From Candidatus Heimdallarchaeota archaeon (GTDB lineage Archaea; Asgardarchaeota; Heimdallarchaeia; Hodarchaeales; Hodarchaeaceae): a DNA stretch of 33,254 nt. The notes beneath the pieces were generated by a model, which was not told the origin of the DNA, made no database searches, and saw only the letters and a list, made by a program, of their open reading frames with translations. The DNA lies in assembly GCA_019057635.1 (NCBI GenBank), contig DXJL01000192.1, positions 1 to 33,254 of the forward strand. Direction: 5' to 3'. Below, in pieces: positions 8,343 through 19,823 of the stretch (position 1 is the first letter of the stretch; every line of letters begins with the position of its first letter). A program made the position numbers and the translations under genes.

Positions 8343-10442
8343 GTGGCACAAGAAAAACACGCTTACCTGCTTCAGGGTTTATCCTGTGCCGATTGTGCAA
8401 TGAAAATTGAAAGGACTTTGAAGCAAGAAGGTTATTCTTCGGTTCAATTGAATTTTGCTACACGACGATTACACATCGGATCAGATGATGTCACTGATAT
8501 TAACTTTATAATATCGAAAATAGAACCTGGAGCAATTGCTATTCCAGAAAGAGAATCACAAAAGCATTCCAGTGCAGAAGATCAGGAAAATTGGTTACTG
8601 AAACAAATTATTGTGTCTGCTCTTCTTTTATTAGTTGGTGTGCTGATCACATCTTTATCACTACCTTCCTTAGTGGTAACTGGAGGATTTTTGGCATTAT
8701 TTGGAGCTTATTTCGTCTCGGGTTTTCATGTATTAAGAAAGGCTTTTTATCGTCTTAGGTCTCTGGATATTGCCAATGAATATTTCCTTATGTCTATAGC
8801 TACATTAGGTGCAATAATTATAAATGAAATTCCAGAAGCTGCAGCTGTAATGGTATTTTACACTGTTGGGGAATATCTACAATCGAGAGCCGTGAACAAA
8901 TCTCGAAAATCTATCAGTGAATTATTGGATATTCGTCCAGATGTTGCCCATTTGGTTACTATGGAGGGTGTAACAACTGTACCAGTCGAGAATATCACTC
9001 CTGGTAATAATATTTTAGTGAAACCAGGAGAGCGTGTTCCATTAGACGGAATTCTAGTCTCTTCTAATGCTAATCTCGATTTATCAGCTCTAACTGGAGA
9101 ATCACGTCCCGTTTCACTTGTAAAGGGTGATAACATACTTTCAGGTGCAATTACCAGTTCGAGCATTAAAATTGAAGTGACTGTGGATCATTCTGAATCA
9201 ACAGTTAGTCGAATTCTGAATGTAGTAGAAAATGCAACTCAACATAAATCAGAAAAAGAGGTGTTTATTACTCGTTTTGCACGATATTATACTCCATTTG
9301 TCCTTATCCTTGCTATAATGATTGCAACGATTCCTCCTTTCCTGTTAGTTGAACCTATGGAGATATGGATTTACCGTGCCCTTGTAGTGCTAGTTATTTC
9401 CTGTCCTTGTGCTCTTGTGGTGTCTATACCCCTCGTTTATTTTGCAGGAATCGGAAAAAGTTCTCGATATGGTGTGTTATTGAAAGGAGCCAATGTTATT
9501 GATTCATTAAATGAAGTATCAACTGTTCTTTTCGATAAAACAGGTACATTGACAATTGGTAAATTCGAAGTCGTCATGGTAGTTCCTACTGAGAACTATA
9601 CTCCTCAGGAGGTTATTGCCTATGCTGCACTAGCGGAAGCTCATTCTAATCATCCTATTGCCAAATCTATTCTTAAAGCATATAATAAACAAGTGGATCT
9701 TTCACAAGTTGATGAATATGAGGAACTACCCGCGTTAGGCATCAAGATGAAAACAAAAATGGGGGATTCTATCATTGTTGGAAATGACAAAATGGTTCAT
9801 GAGATTGATTGTCCACATTCGGCTTGCATTACTGATGAGACCGCGGTATATGTTGTCCTCAATGATACTTATATCGGATATATTATTATTGATGATAAGA
9901 TTAAACCTACAGCTTTTGATGCTATCAATAATTTAAGAAAAAATAACGTTCCTCACATTGGATTACTTACAGGGGATACAAAAAACATCGCAGAACGTGT
10001 TGGGGAGGAAATTGGCATTAAGCGGGAAGATATCTACGCCAGTTTGATGCCTTTAAACAAGCTGGAAATTCTTGAACAGTACCTTCAGAAAGCATCAGAC
10101 CATGGTGGAGCAGTTATATTTGTTGGTGATGGGATGAATGATGCTCCAGTTATAGCTCGTGCCGATGTCGGGGTAGCTATGGGCGCTATTGGTTCCGACG
10201 CCTCTATTGAAGCTGCTGACTTAGTTATAATGGATGATAATCCTAATCGTTTGAATGATGCTATATTTATTGCGGAGAACACAAATAAAATTGCCAAACA
10301 AAATATCATAATGGCTCTTGGAATAAAAGCGATTTTTATTGTCCTAGGAACAATTGGATTAGCTTCAATGTGGGTTGCTGTGTTTGGGGATGTCGGAGTT
10401 ACTCTATTAACAGTTATCAATTCTCTCAAGTTATCGAGATAG
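8343..10442 (+). CDS. cadA: P1B-2 heavy-metal (Zn/Cd/Pb) translocating P-type ATPase
   Basis: N-terminal CADC metal-binding domain, TGES, SCPCAL, DKTGT, HP, GDGMNDAP, TM7 Lys and TM8 DVG. Confidence 0.93.
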   Translation: MAQEKHAYLLQGLSCADCAMKIERTLKQEGYSSVQLNFATRRLHIGSDDVTDINFIISKIEPGAIAIPERESQKHSSAEDQENWLLKQIIVSALLLLVGVLITSLSLPSLVVTGGFLALFGAYFVSGFHVLRKAFYRLRSLDIANEYFLMSIATLGAIIINEIPEAAAVMVFYTVGEYLQSRAVNKSRKSISELLDIRPDVAHLVTMEGVTTVPVENITPGNNILVKPGERVPLDGILVSSNANLDLSALTGESRPVSLVKGDNILSGAITSSSIKIEVTVDHSESTVSRILNVVENATQHKSEKEVFITRFARYYTPFVLILAIMIATIPPFLLVEPMEIWIYRALVVLVISCPCALVVSIPLVYFAGIGKSSRYGVLLKGANVIDSLNEVSTVLFDKTGTLTIGKFEVVMVVPTENYTPQEVIAYAALAEAHSNHPIAKSILKAYNKQVDLSQVDEYEELPALGIKMKTKMGDSIIVGNDKMVHEIDCPHSACITDETAVYVVLNDTYIGYIIIDDKIKPTAFDAINNLRKNNVPHIGLLTGDTKNIAERVGEEIGIKREDIYASLMPLNKLEILEQYLQKASDHGGAVIFVGDGMNDAPVIARADVGVAMGAIGSDASIEAADLVIMDDNPNRLNDAIFIAENTNKIAKQNIIMALGIKAIFIVLGTIGLASMWVAVFGDVGVTLLTVINSLKLSR

Positions 10443-10540
10443 CGTGTATAACTATCTCGATTAACCAAAAATCAAGTTTAAATGTAAGGATGAGTTTTTG
10501 TGTATAGTAGATTAAAAATTGTTGAAGTTAGTAACCTTAC

Positions 10541-10762
10541 CTAATCGGTACTGTCTTTTTTCTTCTTATCGCGTTTATTTGTTTCAAGATATTCAATTAA
10601 CCAGATTCCAGCAATGTGTAAGGTAATAACGAGTATCCAAACAAAAAAAATCCAATAATCTGATTGATCATTATAAAGTAAACCTAACAACAGCCCGTAG
10701 CTACTCGCGACTACTATAGCATACATTAATTCTTGGAAGGCAAATTTCCTCATTGTCTTCAA
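10541..10762 (-). CDS. Small two-TM membrane protein
   Basis: Two hydrophobic helices and a basic C-terminal tail; fills the gap downstream of RNase III. Confidence 0.6.
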   Translation of the reverse strand: MKTMRKFAFQELMYAIVVASSYGLLLGLLYNDQSDYWIFFVWILVITLHIAGIWLIEYLETNKRDKKKKDSTD

Positions 10763-10895
10763 CCAAACTCTGTAAGTTTTTTTCCCTAAATTGATCTTAA
10801 AATTCCTTGTATATTAATACTTGGTATTGCCTTTTCTATCAGAAACTCTTCGTATACCCCCTGTAATATTTTTTGAGTATTTTTCAAAATATTCT

Positions 10896-11594
10896 TCAAA
10901 CCCTGAAGAATGTATTCTCTAATAATTTTAGTTCCCCTAATTCAGCTAAAAATTTTTTTGCTGCGTCTTTTTCCGCCTCTTTTTTACTAGTTAAGATATC
11001 ACTTCGATTTTCGTAGTTTTTTCCTTCATATTCCCCTGTGACAGTACATTGGAATAATTGCTGATGATCAGGCCCGCCTACTCGTGTGGATTCATACTTA
11101 GGGATTGTAAGGTTTTTCTTTTGGAAAAGTACTTGAAGAATTCCTTTTGGGTTAGGATTAAGGAAATTTTTTTCTATTGCTATTTGAACAAGATTAGTAA
11201 CTATTTCTTTACAGGATTTTAAACCATTTTTTTGATAGGTTGCTCCTAATAATGCCTCAACGCTTTCTTTTAGATCATTTTTTGTCATTGAAGTTGTTTT
11301 GTATCGTCCTTCCATTACCTCTTGAATTCTTAGATTCTTGGCAATATGGTACAAAGTATCGTCATTATGGAATGAATGAAGGGCTACGGTAATATGGCCT
11401 GAATTCATTGTTCCATTTCTTGATATATTTTCGAGAAGTAGTAAATTGAGAATAGCATCACCATATAATGCCAAAAATTTAAACTCTTCCCCACCACCAC
11501 ATGATTTTGGATAGATAGCGGAGTTAAATAATGGGTCTTCCTCTGACAATTGGAACTGTTCCGCTAATTGAGTTATAATTTTTATTTTTGGCAT
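10896..11594 (-). CDS. rnc: Ribonuclease III family protein (RNase III domain plus dsRBD)
   Basis: FLALYGDAIL (RNase III signature variant), ESVEALLGA, and C-terminal dsRBD NPKGILQ...PKYE...GGPDHQQLF...KKEAEKDAA. Confidence 0.85.
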   Translation of the reverse strand: MPKIKIITQLAEQFQLSEEDPLFNSAIYPKSCGGGEEFKFLALYGDAILNLLLLENISRNGTMNSGHITVALHSFHNDDTLYHIAKNLRIQEVMEGRYKTTSMTKNDLKESVEALLGATYQKNGLKSCKEIVTNLVQIAIEKNFLNPNPKGILQVLFQKKNLTIPKYESTRVGGPDHQQLFQCTVTGEYEGKNYENRSDILTSKKEAEKDAAKKFLAELGELKLLENTFFRV

Positions 11595-11626
11595 TACTAG
11601 TAATTTCCAGATGTGTTAACTGTATT

Positions 11627-12259
11627 CTATTGTAGTAGTCGGGCTAGTTCTGACCATTTCTCTAATGATGCAAAGGGAGTAATTCCATATGAAGCAAGAT
11701 CTAACTGGCGTGAATCAAATAGAATAAATCTGATTCCGGCCTCTCGAGCTGCACCTGCATCAATAAATGAATCGCCAATGTATACAGAATTTTCCTTTGA
11801 AGCATTATACTTGTGTAGTAGGGTTAAAATTCCTTCTGGATTTGGTTTTGGAATTATAACATCATCACGCGTCAGAAATACGAAATATTTTAAAAATTGA
11901 AATTCTGGTTTTTGGAAATAGAGCTGAACTGTTTTTAGTGTATTATTGGTATAGATAGCACTTTTTGTCTTATATTGCTCAAGAATTTCTGGTATTTTAT
12001 CTGCATCCTCCATAATTTCTGCTCTTTCAACTGATTCTTCCTCGCTCTTCTCTATTAGTTGTTTAGCCTTTATATAGAGTTGTTGATCGATCTCCTTTAG
12101 TTGTGAGGCAAGCTTAAGGATTGGTGTTCTATCCAAGTTTGAGATAAGAGCTCGAGTTGGAAAATATTTGCAGATCTCTGCACGAATAGCAGCGTAATCT
12201 ATTCCTGAGTGGATTAGTGTGTCATCTAAGTCAAAAATAACAAATTTGATTTTATCCAA
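11627..12259 (-). CDS. HAD-superfamily hydrolase (phosphoglycolate phosphatase-like)
   Basis: FDLDDTL, TNN, KPNPEG and IGDSFID motifs. Start placed at TTG 12259 just before KFVIFDLD; the ORF track extends it to 12346. Confidence 0.88.
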   Translation of the reverse strand: MDKIKFVIFDLDDTLIHSGIDYAAIRAEICKYFPTRALISNLDRTPILKLASQLKEIDQQLYIKAKQLIEKSEEESVERAEIMEDADKIPEILEQYKTKSAIYTNNTLKTVQLYFQKPEFQFLKYFVFLTRDDVIIPKPNPEGILTLLHKYNASKENSVYIGDSFIDAGAAREAGIRFILFDSRQLDLASYGITPFASLEKWSELARLLQ

Positions 12260-12381
12260 GAGATCTCTACCATGATATCCGATTATTGAAAAAAAGATGC
12301 TGTTCAAACAAGAGATATAGATTGATATAAAAAACAACATCGCCAAATTGAGGGTACTGTAAATCTAGTCTTACCAGATAA

Positions 12382-15051
12382 GTGACTAAAATGAAATTGG
12401 AATCGATATTATCACGAGATGATGTCCCCGAGGATGTTAAAAATGCTATTCGAGAAAAATTATCCCAGTTAAGGCCAGTAACAGATAGTTCGGAAACATT
12501 GAAGCTCTATTTCAAAGAGATTCTAGATTCGATCGACAAACCTATGCATATCGTAGATACAAACTTCGATTTTGTTACAATGAATGATGCCTATACCCAT
12601 ATGCTGGAGGATTTTTCAGTTGATCCTGACATACTAGGTAAATCTATCTTTGAAGCTTTTTCTTTCTTATCTGAATCAGCCCGTCACGATTATGAGGCCG
12701 TTCTTTCAACAGGTAAACCTATCACTAAGGAAGAGGTAACCATTCTTCACGGGAAGGAATTTCATTCCATAATTAGAAAAATGCCTCTTGTAATCGATGA
12801 AATCCCTCAATATATCCTCACTATTGTTGAGTCTCTGATTGGTGCAGATGAATTTCTTTCTGCACATGAACGAGCGTTAACTGATATTGATTCTTTACTT
12901 AGTGTCTCTCCTGAATCATCTTTGCTTTTAGAGAAAAATGGCGTAATAATTACCCTCAATGAAGTTGCAGCTAAACGACTTGGGGGAACCGTGGATAGGA
13001 TGATAGGTACCAGCATCTATGAATACTTTTCTCCTGTGGTACGTGAGAATCGGGAGAAATTTATTACTGAAGCAATAATAAAAAAGGTTCCAATCCGATT
13101 CAGTGATAGTCGAAACGGAATAGTTTTTGAAAATTGGGTTTATCCGATACTAAACAATCAAAATGAAGTCGTAAGGATTGCTGTTTTTGCAAGTGATATC
13201 ACCAACATTATTGAAGCAAATCAAGCTCTCGTAGAGTCAGAAGAAAAGTATCGTACGTTAGTGGAAAGAGCCACTGACGGAATTACAATTATTCAAGATG
13301 GTATTGTTAAATTTCTTAATACTTCATTGGCAAAAATGTCAGGTCAACCAATCGAGGAAATTATCGGCACTCCCTTCGAGCAAAATATTCATCCTGATGC
13401 AAGGAAAGAAGTTGTTCAAAGGTATCGTGATCGAATGCAGGGTATTGCAGTCCCTCCAATTTACGAAACATCTCTTGTACTTGCAAATGGTGAAAAGATT
13501 GAGGTTGAATTGAACGCTGGAATCATTACATATCAAAATCATCCAGCAGATCTCGTTTTTGTTCGTGATATTTCAGAAAGAAAACGTATTAGTAAAGAAT
13601 TAGAAGAAAGTGAGAAAAGATTTCGTACTTTAATCACTACTATGGGTGAAGGGGTATGGGTGACGGATAGTAGAGATAGGACAATTTTTGTAAATAATGC
13701 ATTAGAAAATATGTTGGGTTACCCTGAAGAGGAACTTATGGGGAGACTAGTAACTGATTTTCTTGCTCCTGATTCATGGAAAGAATTTGAAGAAGTGGTG
13801 AAATCACGATTTGAAAAAAAATCATTATCCTCTACTTATGAGTTAACTTGGATCAAAAAAGATGGAACACACTGTACAACGCGAATAGCTGGTACAGTTT
13901 TATTAGATGATGATGAAAAAGTTGTTGGATCTTTTGGTGTGTTTACAGACATAACCATTCAGAAATCTATTGAACATTCCTTACAAGAGTCGGAAGAACA
14001 GTATCGTAATTTGGTTGAGAGAGCAAATGATGGAATTGCTATAATTCAGGATAGTAAAGTTGTCTATGTTAACCAGAGCTTGGCTGAAATTAGTGGGTAT
14101 TCAATCCCAGAATTAATTGGTAAATATTTTGTCAACTTTCTCCATGTAGATGTGATACCTGAGGTTGAGGATTATTATCGTCGTCGAATGGCTGGAGAAG
14201 ATGTCCCCAATATTTATGATTCTCTGATCCGTAAAAAGGATGGATCTAAGATAGAAGTGGAATTTAATGTAGGCATTACAACATACCAAGGTCCTCCTGC
14301 TGAACTAGTTTTCGTTAGAGATGTGTCTGATCGTAAAAGAACTGAAAAACTTCTAAAACAAGTGAAATTAGAAGAAGAACGCTACCATGCTATGCTATCA
14401 CACTTTGTAAACAATGATTTACAAAAAATCGTTAATAATTTAGATTTTATTCGCCTTGAAATGAAACATGAAGGAACTATCGATCCTGAAAATATTCAAG
14501 AAATAATAAATATAGCTGATCAATCATCTCGAACGATTGATACTGTAAATAAAATTTTTGATGTTCTCCAATCACCAGTGAAAGAATTTAAATCCATGTT
14601 TAGTATCTTAGATGTAATAGAGGAAATATTCCAAGAGGTACCAGAATTACAACCTAATATTTCACTGGACAAATCAAGTCTTGACAGGCTTCTATTATGT
14701 GATAAATATCTGAAAATTGCTCTGGTAGAAATCCTCCAATTCATCCAAATCTCGTACGAGAAAGAAAACCTTAAACAAATCCCAATTAAAATGGAAGGAG
14801 GACTGCTTGCGGCGTATTATCGCATAATTATTCAGGATTCCTGTTCCCCCCCGATTTCAGAAGAAGTGAGCTATCGGCTTTCAAGTAAGATAACCGATAA
14901 CTGGGAATATCAAGGGCACTATATTGGTTTGTCGCTATGTTCAGTAATCATGCAACATTTTGGCGGTACACTTAAGATTCTCCCCTTTGCAAAAAAAGGA
15001 AACGAATTTCAATTGCTTTTCCCCTCAATTCTGGTATCCTCAAATAAATAA
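12382..15051 (+). CDS. Cytoplasmic multi-PAS sensor (about five PAS/PAC) with HisKA-like helix and degenerate HATPase-like domain
   Basis: Repeated SEEKYRTLVE/SEKRFRTLI/SEEQYRNLVE linkers and DIT/DISERK/DVSDRK PAC ends; H-box-like SHFVNNDLQ; G2-like IGLSLCSVIMQHFGG. Confidence 0.85.
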   Translation: MTKMKLESILSRDDVPEDVKNAIREKLSQLRPVTDSSETLKLYFKEILDSIDKPMHIVDTNFDFVTMNDAYTHMLEDFSVDPDILGKSIFEAFSFLSESARHDYEAVLSTGKPITKEEVTILHGKEFHSIIRKMPLVIDEIPQYILTIVESLIGADEFLSAHERALTDIDSLLSVSPESSLLLEKNGVIITLNEVAAKRLGGTVDRMIGTSIYEYFSPVVRENREKFITEAIIKKVPIRFSDSRNGIVFENWVYPILNNQNEVVRIAVFASDITNIIEANQALVESEEKYRTLVERATDGITIIQDGIVKFLNTSLAKMSGQPIEEIIGTPFEQNIHPDARKEVVQRYRDRMQGIAVPPIYETSLVLANGEKIEVELNAGIITYQNHPADLVFVRDISERKRISKELEESEKRFRTLITTMGEGVWVTDSRDRTIFVNNALENMLGYPEEELMGRLVTDFLAPDSWKEFEEVVKSRFEKKSLSSTYELTWIKKDGTHCTTRIAGTVLLDDDEKVVGSFGVFTDITIQKSIEHSLQESEEQYRNLVERANDGIAIIQDSKVVYVNQSLAEISGYSIPELIGKYFVNFLHVDVIPEVEDYYRRRMAGEDVPNIYDSLIRKKDGSKIEVEFNVGITTYQGPPAELVFVRDVSDRKRTEKLLKQVKLEEERYHAMLSHFVNNDLQKIVNNLDFIRLEMKHEGTIDPENIQEIINIADQSSRTIDTVNKIFDVLQSPVKEFKSMFSILDVIEEIFQEVPELQPNISLDKSSLDRLLLCDKYLKIALVEILQFIQISYEKENLKQIPIKMEGGLLAAYYRIIIQDSCSPPISEEVSYRLSSKITDNWEYQGHYIGLSLCSVIMQHFGGTLKILPFAKKGNEFQLLFPSILVSSNK

Positions 15052-15087
15052 GAAAAAAGAGAGAGAAATACGTGAGTACCGTATTCT
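15050..15087. terminator. Putative terminator between the convergent PAS gene and gdhA
   Basis: AATACG-N7-CGTATT hairpin next to a purine run, which reads as a U/C-rich tract downstream of gdhA on the minus strand. Confidence 0.4.
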
Positions 15088-15106
15088 AAGAGACTTTAAA
15101 TTTAAT

Positions 15107-16459
<1,353 letters not shown>

Positions 16460-16779
16460 CTATTGAGTTCTTATTCATCGAACGATTTTGATGTTGACTT
16501 GGGAGGAATTAGCCCTTTTCAAGTTTCTGTCTTGGAAACTTGTTCTGATTTCCGGAGGAAAAGGTAGGTTTAAACCATTTTTTACTCTCGGAGTCATCTC
16601 TAAAAACCTTTGAGATGAGATAATATACTCTCTGGTATGATTTTTTTTATCCTAATCCTTTCTTTAAATGCATAAATCAATTTATAAGACCTTGACAAAA
16701 AGATTTGTGAAGAGTACTTTTTGGTAAAGGTAGGGAAAATTTAATCAACGGGAAAAAACTAGATCTTGACTAGATTCTG

Positions 16780-19770
16780 ATGCCCATCCCTCCCCCTAGT
16801 CATTCTAACATAGATGAAATTAAATTTGATTACAAACCGAAATATCAAATATTCCATGAACTCATGATCAAACGGATAAATAACGTTTTGCTCGTTTCAA
16901 GTTATTATGATAATTTTATCCTAGAAGAGGATGGAAGGCTCTCTGATCAAATTTTTGAAGAATTTCATAATTTAAATCTCCGAACTCTTCCTGTAATTAC
17001 TCGGGTGGCAACTGCGAGTGAAGCATTAAATCTACTGAAAGAACAGACTTTTGATCTAGTTATCACCATGAGACGTCTAGGAGATATTGATGTTTTTTCT
17101 TTTGGTTCACAAGTAAAAGAGATACAAAAGATACCTGTCGTCCTCTTATTGAACAACCCTGCGGATGTACCATACTTACCAGATGTTTCTTCTGGAGAAG
17201 GTATCGATAAAATATTCCTATGGAATGGAGATTCCACGGTATTTGTTGCTATCATTAAACACCTTGAAGATAAGATGAATGTGGAGCGTGATACCCGTGT
17301 TGGTTTAGTGCGAGTAATAATTGTAATTGAAGACTCAATTCGCTATTATTCTATTTTTCTTACTAATATGTATAGTGAAATTATGAAACAAACACATAGG
17401 TTAATTTCTGAAGGAGTTAATGATTATTACCATTTACTACAAATGCGGACAAGACCGAAAATATTGTTAGCTTCGAATTTTGAGGATGCTTTGAGATATT
17501 ATGATGACTACAAGCAATATGTTATTGGAGTTATTACTGATGCCAGATTTCCACGTGAAGGAATACTAGATGAATCGGCAGGGTTGACATTTATTAAAAT
17601 AATCAAGAAAGATAATCCCACTCTTCCAATTGCTTTACAATCTAGTAACGAAAAGAATCGGATCCGTGCCGAAAGTTTAGGAGTGTTTTTCATTAATAAA
17701 TTCTCCCGGAAATTACTCAAAACGATCCGTAGCTATATGCTCAATTATCTTGGATTTGGAGATTTTAAATTTCGGTTAAGCGATGGGACAGAAGTCAGCA
17801 GAGCAAAAAATATATTGGAACTTGAAAGAGCGATAGCTACTGTACCCGAAGAATCGTTGATTTATCATGGATCAAATGACCATTTTTCAGGCTGGTTAAT
17901 GAATCGGGGAGAATTTGATATTGCTCAGAGAATTAAACCTCGTAAGGTATCTGAGTTTTCGAAACCTGAGGAATTACGTAAGTTCTTACTCTCTGCGGTT
18001 AACTCTATCTTAACAGAAAAGACTGGAGGAGTTATTAATGACTTCTCAAGAGAATCTTTTCATCCTTCAATTCGTTTTACTCGACTTAGACCTGGTTCTC
18101 TCGGAGGTAAAGGACGTGGGATTGCTTTCCTTCAATTTCTTTTAAACTCATTTCTCTTATCTGACGAATTATCCGAAACCATTTCAATTCGAATACCTAA
18201 AACATTTGTTATCGGTACCGATGAGTTTGACCATTTTATGGATGACAATGAGGAGCTCTATGATGTTGCTTTATCCGATGCTTCTGATGTGGATATTAAA
18301 AAGAGTTTTCTTAAAGCCAAATTAGATGTTAAACTAGTTAAGGATCTTCGATTTATATTAAGAACTCTTCTAGGCCCTCTTTCGGTTCGCTCTTCCAGTT
18401 TATTGGAAGATTCGCAGTTTCAGCCTTTTGCAGGCGTATTCGAGACTTATATGCTTCCAAATAATCAGGACCTGAAGACTCGAGTGAAACTTCTATGCAA
18501 TGCTATCAAATTGGTTTTTGCGTCTTCTTTCTTAAAACAGGCCAAAAGTTATGCGGAATCAACTGGGCAGTCAGTAGACGAATCTAAAATGGCTATAGTC
18601 ATTCAGCAGGTTGTAGGAAGAATAAGACCAAATAATTTATCTTATCCATGTTTTTCTGGAGTAGCCACCTCTTATAATTATTATCCTATTGGGGATTATA
18701 TGCTACCAGAAGATAGAATTGTGTTTTTGGCTGCAGGTTTAGGTAAAACGATTGTAGATGGCGGATTAACTTATAGGTTTTCTCCGAAGTATCCAGAAAT
18801 TAGTTTTTATTCTACTCAAGATCAAATGTTTGAGAACAGTCAGAAACAGTTCTTTGCTATAGACCTTGATTCAAAATCTACTTCCTTTGAACGAGGAGAA
18901 GACTCGTTTCTCGTGAATTCGAGTATTTTCGATTTAGATCCAGAGACACTTCAAAATATTGCAGATACTTTTGACCATAATGATCAAGCCATTAAACCAG
19001 GGTATAGAGGGGATGGAGCTCCAGTTATTGCTTTTAGTAATCAATTAAAGTATGGAGGGGTTCCTTTTGCAAAATTATTTACAAAAATCTTACAATTAGG
19101 AGAACAGACCATGGGTAGTTCTGTTGAGATTGAGTTTGCAGGGAATTTTCAACAGGTTCGAGGTAAGAAAACAACATTTTACTTGTTACAGATTCGTCCT
19201 TATACCCAATATGAGGTCATTCTGGATGAAGAAAAAGAGGGTGTCCCAGAAAATCAAATTCTGATTAAATCTTGCCTTGCCTCGGGTAATAGAATTATTT
19301 CCGATATTCACGATATTGTGTATGTTAAACCTGAAGCATTTGACAAGTTAAAAACTCTGAAAATGGTTTCAGAGATCGGAGAAATTAACAAAAGGTTAAA
19401 AAGGAAAGGAACACCCTATATTCTGATTGGGTTTGGTCGATGGGGAACGTTCGATTCATCATTAGGTATACCTGTTAAATGGCATCATATATCTGGAGTA
19501 CAGGTTATCATTGAAGCTGGTTTAAAGGATTTTCAAGTAGAACATTCTCAAGGAAGTCATTTCTTCCAGAATATCACCACAGCAAATATAGGTTATTTAT
19601 TCATCAATTATAAGTCAAAAGAAGATACAATTGACTGGCAGTGGCTTTTAGAACAAGAATCTGTTGTCGAGGATATGGTTTATTTCCGTCATGTCCGAGT
19701 CCAAAATCCCTTTTATGTTCGAATTGATGGGCGTAAACGTGAAGGGTTAGTGCTTAAACCAGATCTCTGA
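16780..19770 (+). CDS. Receiver-domain / PEP-synthase-type ATP-grasp (PPDK_N) protein with a C-terminal His-swivel-like domain
   Basis: Two receiver-like regions (FDLVITM; VIEDS...ITDARFP...LQSS...NK), YH..NDHFSGWL, GSLGGKGRG, SVRSSSLLEDS..FAG.F, MAIVIQQVVG, GLGKTIVDG, EIEFA, LLQIRP, and C-terminal SQGSHFFQN. Confidence 0.88.
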   Translation: MPIPPPSHSNIDEIKFDYKPKYQIFHELMIKRINNVLLVSSYYDNFILEEDGRLSDQIFEEFHNLNLRTLPVITRVATASEALNLLKEQTFDLVITMRRLGDIDVFSFGSQVKEIQKIPVVLLLNNPADVPYLPDVSSGEGIDKIFLWNGDSTVFVAIIKHLEDKMNVERDTRVGLVRVIIVIEDSIRYYSIFLTNMYSEIMKQTHRLISEGVNDYYHLLQMRTRPKILLASNFEDALRYYDDYKQYVIGVITDARFPREGILDESAGLTFIKIIKKDNPTLPIALQSSNEKNRIRAESLGVFFINKFSRKLLKTIRSYMLNYLGFGDFKFRLSDGTEVSRAKNILELERAIATVPEESLIYHGSNDHFSGWLMNRGEFDIAQRIKPRKVSEFSKPEELRKFLLSAVNSILTEKTGGVINDFSRESFHPSIRFTRLRPGSLGGKGRGIAFLQFLLNSFLLSDELSETISIRIPKTFVIGTDEFDHFMDDNEELYDVALSDASDVDIKKSFLKAKLDVKLVKDLRFILRTLLGPLSVRSSSLLEDSQFQPFAGVFETYMLPNNQDLKTRVKLLCNAIKLVFASSFLKQAKSYAESTGQSVDESKMAIVIQQVVGRIRPNNLSYPCFSGVATSYNYYPIGDYMLPEDRIVFLAAGLGKTIVDGGLTYRFSPKYPEISFYSTQDQMFENSQKQFFAIDLDSKSTSFERGEDSFLVNSSIFDLDPETLQNIADTFDHNDQAIKPGYRGDGAPVIAFSNQLKYGGVPFAKLFTKILQLGEQTMGSSVEIEFAGNFQQVRGKKTTFYLLQIRPYTQYEVILDEEKEGVPENQILIKSCLASGNRIISDIHDIVYVKPEAFDKLKTLKMVSEIGEINKRLKRKGTPYILIGFGRWGTFDSSLGIPVKWHHISGVQVIIEAGLKDFQVEHSQGSHFFQNITTANIGYLFINYKSKEDTIDWQWLLEQESVVEDMVYFRHVRVQNPFYVRIDGRKREGLVLKPDL

Positions 19771-19823
19771 CAAGTATTCCCTTTTTATTCTTATAATTTA
19801 GTTTTTCTAAGGTGTTTCTCCCC

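Noticed and set aside
8858-10468. Minus-strand ORFs of 102 and 127 aa
   Set aside because: Antisense shadows of cadA.
16780-19770. Calling this gene ppsA or ppdK
   Set aside because: No C-terminal pyruvate/PEP-binding barrel, and the domain order differs.
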